Positions 57,239 through 64,000 of a stretch of 64,000 nt of DNA are shown one piece after another. Numbering within the stretch: position 1 is the first letter of the stretch; every line of letters starts with the position of its first letter. Made by a program: the position numbers and the translations under genes. The stretch comes from Podarcis filfolensis (lineage: Eukaryota): assembly GCA_964270895.1 (NCBI GenBank), contig OZ185438.1; one strand, written 5' to 3'. The notes below the pieces were generated by a model. The model had not been told where the DNA came from and searched no databases. It worked only from the letters and a program-made list of their open reading frames with translations.

Positions 57239-60009
57239 GGATGAGCACAGAATGTCAGCCTCTGCAGGAGTTCCTTACTTGATCTTTGTCAACTCGTGTG
57301 TATTTGCTCTTTCTGAATTTGGGTCAGAAGCAGCAAACATCTGGTCAGCATTCCATACTTTTTGCCTCTGACATCACATCATATTATTAAGGAGACTATG
57401 AGTTTGTTAGACACTAATATAAAATACTTGTTCCAAGGTCCTCTAGATTCCACAGCTAGACTAGTTACTGAGTGGCAAATTACATGACGATTTGGTACTA
57501 GGGATCTGCCAGCACACATGGTGTGCCTCCTATGTACAATTATTGTAACAGGGGAAAAATGCATTTCAGATTAGAATGAGATGCATTGTATTTACTCTGG
57601 ATCATACTGGACAGCAGGCAGCATTGTATAATCATCATGAAAGAAGCTATTGTAAATCATATTCTTCAGGGAGCAAAAAATTGCTGCTAGCTGAATATGA
57701 GGCCTCAACCATTATCTTGCATCTGCAATTTTTACTTACATTTGGTTTGGCTTTGTTCTTTACGTAAAGTAAAAATATAAAAAGTCAAAATGCAAAATGT
57801 GTTGGTATGACTAAAAAATGAAGCTTGGACCAAACAGGTAAGAAGTGTCAGGCAGGGGGTTAAAAAAGGCATTTTGCTAAGCTCTACCCATGATTCAAAA
57901 CAATAAAAAATAACCCAATGCAAGCACAGAGCTACTACATTCCTTGGATTTGTGTTTTTAACTATAGTTGGAACATGCTCATTGAGTGTACTGGGTGGAA
58001 GGTTTGAGGCCTGCTAAGTATTCTCATGAAAGTGTTTAGTGAAAAGTGTTTTGCCCTGGAGTGTGGCATTTAACCTCTTAAACCTATTCAAGTAAATTAC
58101 AGCAGGATCATAACAAATTACTTCTACTGGACAAGGAGAGGGTTGTTTATAAATCTCCTTTTGCTGGCAAAAGAAAGTGTTAATCTGGCACAGTCATTTT
58201 ACACAGGGTGTAGCAATGCTTCTGTACTAGCAGTATGCTACATCTGGAGATCTCCCCCCTCAGCCACATAAGAAGATAGGATTCTGACTAACTTTGGCCA
58301 ATCCTAACAAGGGTATAGAAGGCCCAGCAAGGGAACATAGCTCATGGGACAAGACCACATAGCATGAGGCTACATTATTCTGTATCTGTATTTATCAAGT
58401 TAAGAACCTACAAGTTGGAACTTTGGTAAAAGGACCGCAATGCACAGAAACCCCATAAGGAACATCTTCCTGTGCTTGCAACTGTGTAGTTAAGAGTCTC
58501 TTTTTCTGGAAGGAAGCCAGGTTCTATTCCTATTGCTTCTGCTTTTTCCCATGTGATTGCCAGCAAGTCACTCAAAAGATACATTTGGCCTTGTGGAGAT
58601 CACATTTACATTTTTAATGAGTTTGAACCAAACCATCCTCTTGCAATTGCATCTTCTCACAGAGCTACTAGCAAGTATTGTCTACTGTAAGCTTGCTACT
58701 GTAGTGCATTCTTCCTTGTTTATGTGTTTCAACTGAAATGTCTGGGAAAATCCAGACATGTGACAACCCAACTTTTGTCTCCGGATTTTCACTTTTTGAA
58801 ATATGGCAACCCTACTTTACAGACACCAACACAAATACATTGAGTGCAGAATCATCTTCACTGCTGTGGGGCCTGAGCCCTTTAGGAGAAGGCCTGTTGC
58901 CTACAGGTTCAATGTGTTGTCCTTCTGTCCTCTGGACTATAGGAATCGTTGCTGCTATTTCTTATTAATTAATTAATTAATTACTAATACTACCACTACT
59001 ACGAGAATGGCACCCATTGCCCTGACTTTTCCCATCAAATGGGATACTTGAAGGCTGCTACTGACTTTTTTGGTGGGATTCAAGCCCCTAAGTAAAAAAC
59101 TGGAGCTTGTGGCTGTGTTAACAGCTGTCCTCCAAACAATGAGCCATGGAGGCTCCTGAATGAGCAATTCTTCTCAGTGTGTTAATCCATCATGCACTGG
59201 AGGAGATGCAGAATGGATGCTGTAACAACACATCATCATGACATCCATTACACCAATGTGTTTGGTGTCTTCCGTGCATAGATACTATTTGGTGGTCATC
59301 AGTGATGGTGGGTGATGATGGACTTGTGGAGGCTGTGGAAATGCCTGTTAATGTTGCTACTTTATCTCATTTCTTTTGGTATTGTTTTTCTTTCTACTTT
59401 GCTGCTGGGAGTGTAGGGTTGTGACTATTTTATGACATAATTACACCAGCCTAGCTAGTGGTGCTGTGGCTGCTGGCAGTGGCATTGCATTCTTTTTTTG
59501 CCGCCCAGGGTCAACAGAACCCACTGCGCCAGTCCAGCCCTTGCCAGGTATTAAAACTCATGAATGTGGGAAAATAAAGCAACAAAGCTGTTTCACATAG
59601 GATGCTATAAAAATCACAAAGGCCATGGCCTAACACAATTCATAATGCTTTTGCTCACTAATTTCAATGAAATTAAATATGCTTGAATTAGTGCTGTATT
59701 GTGACCAATTAAAAAATGATTACTGTATAGCAAAATCCTTAATTAGAGCCAGTGTGGAACCTGTAGGCTTCCAGATGTTGTTGCACTGCAACTCCCATCA
59801 GCCCTAGCTATCATGGCCAACAGTTAGGGATGTAAGTTGGGAGTCCAATGACATTTGGAGGGCTACAGATTCTCCAGGCCTGTCCTCATTGCCCTCACCT
59901 GTCCTGCTCTAAGTCATGAACCTTCTACTGCCAATCTTTTGTTGCAAAACAAATCCTTAAGTGGGAGGAGAGGGAAGACATCTAAATGAGATTTTGAGCT
60001 ATATATATA

Positions 60010-60263
60010 AAGGTAAGGTTAAAGGGACCCCTGACCATTAGGTCCAGTCGTGACCGACTCTGGGGTTGCAGCGCTCATCTCGCTTTATTGGCCGAGGGAG
60101 CCGGCGTACAGCTTCCGGGTCATGTGGCCAGCATGACTAAACCACTTCTGGTGAACCAGAGCAGCGCACAGAAACACAGTTTACCTTCCCGTTGGAGCGG
60201 TCCGACCTTCTGATCAGCAAGTCCTAGGCTCTGTGGTTTAACCCACAGCGCCACCCGCGTCCC
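60010..60263 (-). mobile_element. Sauria SINE with an ~100-bp internal deletion
   Basis: Tail at 60010 and head at 60263. The junction GGAGCGGT|CCGACC at ~60201 lacks the segment present in the other copies. Flanked by GCTATATATATA on both sides. Confidence 0.88.
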
Positions 60264-61199
60264 ACTGCTATATATATATATGGTCAAATGGTGTAAATGT
60301 TTCCATTTGCAGGTGTCCTCTAGATTTAGAATCCAGTTTACTAGCAGAAAACTAGAACTATGAAAATGTTCTAAGGGTCTGTGGGGAGGTAGTTTAGATT
60401 TTATGGTATAGTGGTGTCTAGGCTGTATTGCACCATAATCTTATGTTTCTATTCAGTTCATGCCAAAAACTATCTTTTTTTTCTGCAACCAGGTGCCAGA
60501 GGTATAAGAGAGAGCAGCTACCTAATTGTTTCAAAAACTATGAAGAAAGCATGCAAATTAATGACAGAAATGAGGGTAGCCCTCAGGGTAGAAGCCCTCA
60601 TGTGTAGAACAGTTCAGTGAGCAGTTGAAAAACACAGGACACTTGATCACCATATTGAACAGATAGGGAAACACTATAAGGTATTCCTGCTGGTGGGACT
60701 CTACCCTCCAGCAGACACAGGTGAGTATGGACTCCAAGTGCAATTCTTAGCAGACACTTCTTGCTTGAAGTTATTGATTCACATCTTACTATGGTTTAGG
60801 TATTTGAAAAAGTTATTCCAGCTTCTGTTTACTTGAATATTAAATAAAATCACTGAATGGAATCCCTGCACGTGCATTCCAACTAGCAAGATGTTTTTAA
60901 TTCCAACTCATGTCCAGGAAGATAACAAAATAACACCATAAGCTACAGAATAAAAAGCGCAATGGGTGTGAGGTAAAGCCAAAACAGTAAGGTTAGCAAT
61001 GAAACGTGAGCCACTATATGTAACATATTTTTGCCAGGTCTAAGAACGTAAGGAGTCTGTGAAATTTAAAAGTGCTGAGTACAAATTAGTTCGGAGACAT
61101 TTATGCATCTTGCCAAGATGAGGCAGACGTCCCACTGCTTATTATTATTTTAAAATAATAATAGTAACAAAGAGGGACGAGTCCTCTCAACCTGGCAGA

Positions 61200-63480
61200 A
61201 CACAGCAACAGCACTCCTCTCGGCTCTTTTACACCCAGCACTACTTCTGCTCTCTTCAGAGCTGTTTCCGGTGGTTTTGTCCAGACGACGGAGATGTGCA
61301 GAATAATTTCCTCTGGCGGTGATGATGATGATGCGCAACGCCTGTCTCTCCAGCCCGCGCAGTGAGAGGACGCTCCAGCCGATAACGCCCCGAGGCTTTT
61401 AAAGGGCTCTTGCTCAGTTTCCCCAGGTTTGCAGCCGCTGTAACTGAATCCCATTTCCCCCTCTCTTCAGCAGCCCGGCCGGAGCTTCTCTTCTCTTCCT
61501 TTCTCCCTCTTTCTCTTGCCGCCCCACCCACGCGTCAGCCTTTGGCTGGCCCCTGGGACGGAGGGGAAGGGGAGGGGAGAGGAAGGGGAGGGTCAATTCT
61601 GTTTCTTTCCCCCCCTCCAAGCACGAAAAGGTGACGTCATTATCAGGGCTCTCCGCGGCGGCGCTCTTCGCACCGCGGGTCACAATGGAGCCAAAACCGA
61701 GCCCAACCGAAATGAAACGGCCGTGCTAGTTGCCCCCGCCTCAGTGAGCGCGGCCTGGCCCAGCTTAAGCCAGGCCCCGCTCGGCCGCCGTCAGCGCCCG
61801 TCCCTCACCAACGCGGGCGCCGCTCCGCCCCCTCCCCCCCACCAGGGAGAAAGCCCCCCCTCACACACATCGCCCCCTCAGCAGCAGCGACCCCCGTCCC
61901 CGCTGCTCTCCGCCCATACAAGGCAAGGCGTAAACTGGTGCCTGCTCAGCCTCGGGAACACGGAAGGGGGCAAGTGGGAGTGACGGACTGCCTGACACGC
62001 AGGAAAGGGAGGGGGGTCACGCTCGCCGCCGCGGACGCTGTTTGGGTGGCGGGGCCGGCGCCGCTGCGTTGAGTCGGAGTCTGCGCCGCCGCCGCTGCTG
62101 CTGCTGCTGGCCGAACCCTGCTAGAGCCGCCATATTGCCCGGGACACAGACACACCGTCTCCGCCGCGCCTGTGCCTCGCGTCGCCGCTGCTCTCCGTCC
62201 CCTCCTCTTCCGCAGCCGGGCTCTCCTCCGTTGCCTCGCCGAAGAGAGGAGCCCCGTCTCGTCGCCCCCTCCCCGCTCCTCCTGCTCCCCTGCCCTCCTC
62301 CGAGGCACTAGGCGCATATCGGCTCCTCCGTACTGGGAGCGACGGAGCCCCGCAGGCCCAGCCCAGCCGGAGCTTCCTGGCCAAGGCAGAGCGCAGCGGG
62401 CTCGGGCCTTGCCTCTGGGCGCCCAGCACTGCGGCCGTCGCCGGGAAGCGGCGGCCCCACCGAACAGCTGGTGACGCAAAACTAAAAGGGAAGGGAAAGG
62501 AGACTCGGCCCAGTTCGCGGCGTGTCGGGCGGCTCCCTGGGAGCAGTAGTAACGGCAGCGACTCGACTCCTGCCCGGCATGAGACACAGCCCCGCTGGTT
62601 GCTGCGGCTGCAGCCGCCTGGGATGAGAAACTCTTCAGCCACACCCGCTGCAGCCTCCTCCTCCTCCTCTCATCGCCAGCAGAGCCAGCGGCGGCGGCGG
62701 CGCCCGGGAGCGGAGCGGGCCTCGGCACTAGCGCGAGGAGCAGCAGCGGAAACAGGGGACGCTGTGTGGGGGTGAGCGAGCTGGGGAAGGCGCTGGGGCT
62801 GCCATGGCCGGCGGCGGCGGCAGGGTGGGGGGCTAGGAGGAAGGGGGGCCACGCTGTGGGGAAAACAAGGGGGCTGAACCTGCGGGGTGGGGGCGCCTCG
62901 CCGTGTGTGTCAGCGTGTCTTGGGGGGTTGGGAAATGCCTGCCCGTGCGTGTGTCGGTGTGTTTTGGAGTGAGAAGGGAAAATGGCTGACGACTCCTCAT
63001 TCTCTCTGCCCGGCCTGTCCTGGGCCTTGCGGGAGAATGGGGCGCGCACGCCCGGTATCCGCAGTCCCTGGGAGGGGGAAACACGGCCCCGCAGAGCTGG
63101 CCGGCTTCTCGCCTGACCCCCTTTCTCAAGTAGCCGGGGGAACGGGGCGAAGGAGGGGGGCGGAGGGAAGGGGCTCCCGGCACAGCTTCGCCCGGCGTTT
63201 AGTTCCTTTTGAGTCTCGTTTCACTTCACGCCAAACGCCATTACTGAGGTGGAGTGATTGGAATCGTGTAGGCCTGGGCTACGCCAGGAAATAAGGCCCT
63301 GCTCAAGCTCTTTCTTTCTAAATCCGGTCTCAAACCGCCAGGCCCAGCGCATTCGCATTCCTTGTAAACATTATTGTCATGGGCGCAGGTGGGCTGTGTC
63401 ATGGCTGCACTCCTGGTTTCCAGTAAGGCCGTCGTGTTGCCGGATAAGCCCTCAGAATTCAACACCCTTTCTCCGTTAGC
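61200..63480. promoter_or_regulatory. Large CpG island, probable USP9X promoter
   Basis: Very high GC and CpG. Full CRE TGACGTCA at 61632-61639, YY1-type GCCGCCATATTG at 62126-62137, GC boxes and G-tracts. Gene identity is inferred from conserved MED14-USP9X synteny only. Confidence 0.75.
62060..62771 (+). other. Probable non-coding first exon (5' leader), putatively USP9X; 5' end approximate
   Basis: GC-rich leader ending in a donor-like TGGGG|GTGAGC at 62771/62772, followed by G-triplet-rich sequence typical of first-intron starts. The TSS cannot be determined from the sequence. Confidence 0.5.
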
Positions 63481-64000
63481 TTCCAGAAGATTATATTCTG
63501 GTTCTTTGTGTAGTCCTGGTGGTTTAAAACCCCTTACATTTTAGTTATTGTGCAAAATATGCGTTATAATTCAAATTATCTTGTTTGTCTTTTTTTTAAA
63601 AGACCTTTTTTTCCAAACTCGGGAATATATCTCCTAGATATGTTGTATGAATAATCGACATAGTTCCTTTTTGAACACAGGCTTGCTTTGTGAAATGCTT
63701 AAGCATTTTTAGGCTGCAATTTTACCTTGATATAATTAGCATCTGGGCTCCCATTGATTTTAATGGAGAGGTGTGCAGTCACAGCAAATTTACTTGATGA
63801 ATTTAGTTTTAATGTTATTGGGGTAGTTATTTTCAGACCATGTACAAAATGTGTCCTAATGTACATAGAAAAGGGACTGGAGAGTTACAAATCTATATAC
63901 AATTGTGACTTAAGCCCATTGAATTCAGTGGGACTTCTGAATAAGCATGCAGAGGATTGGGTGACATATGCAGTAAAGAATCCAAGGGGTCATGAAGAGT

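Noticed and set aside
61946-63294. Long ORFs (367 aa on minus; 173, 155, 135 aa etc.) in the right-hand CpG island
   Set aside because: They are Ala/Arg/Pro/Gly-rich low-complexity translations in several overlapping frames, as expected from stop-codon depletion in GC-rich DNA. No recognisable domain.

Overview
This is vertebrate genomic DNA, most likely from a lacertid lizard, judged by the Sauria SINE subfamilies and the BovB, CR1, L2, hAT and Tc1-type repeats. It covers the block known in human as CXorf38 - MED14 - USP9X. (1) CXorf38 (DUF4559) coding exons 1-2 lie on the minus strand, and the gene runs off the left edge. (2) A complete 31-exon MED14 gene lies on the minus strand (ATG 43966, TAG 9782). 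I walked every GT-AG junction by hand, and the exons sum to 4326 nt (1441 aa + stop) in one unbroken frame. Intron 7 is a U12-type (minor spliceosome) intron. (3) A large CpG island at about 61.2-63.5 kb has a plus-strand first-exon donor at 62771/62772. I assign it to USP9X by synteny only, because no USP9X coding sequence is in the window. There are no CRISPR arrays and no intact tRNA or rRNA genes. I could not identify a clearly new biological system. The best leads are: an AUGA stop-start uORF pair in the putative USP9X leader; an out-of-frame uATG 5 nt before the CXorf38 start; the uncharacterised Cys/His-rich CXorf38 protein; a 1.9-kb unclassified TIR fossil; a ~275-bp fold-back element; a solo-LTR candidate inside the minor intron; and a candidate RBFOX-flanked microexon. 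Repeat family names and human comparisons are from memory and were not checked by search.
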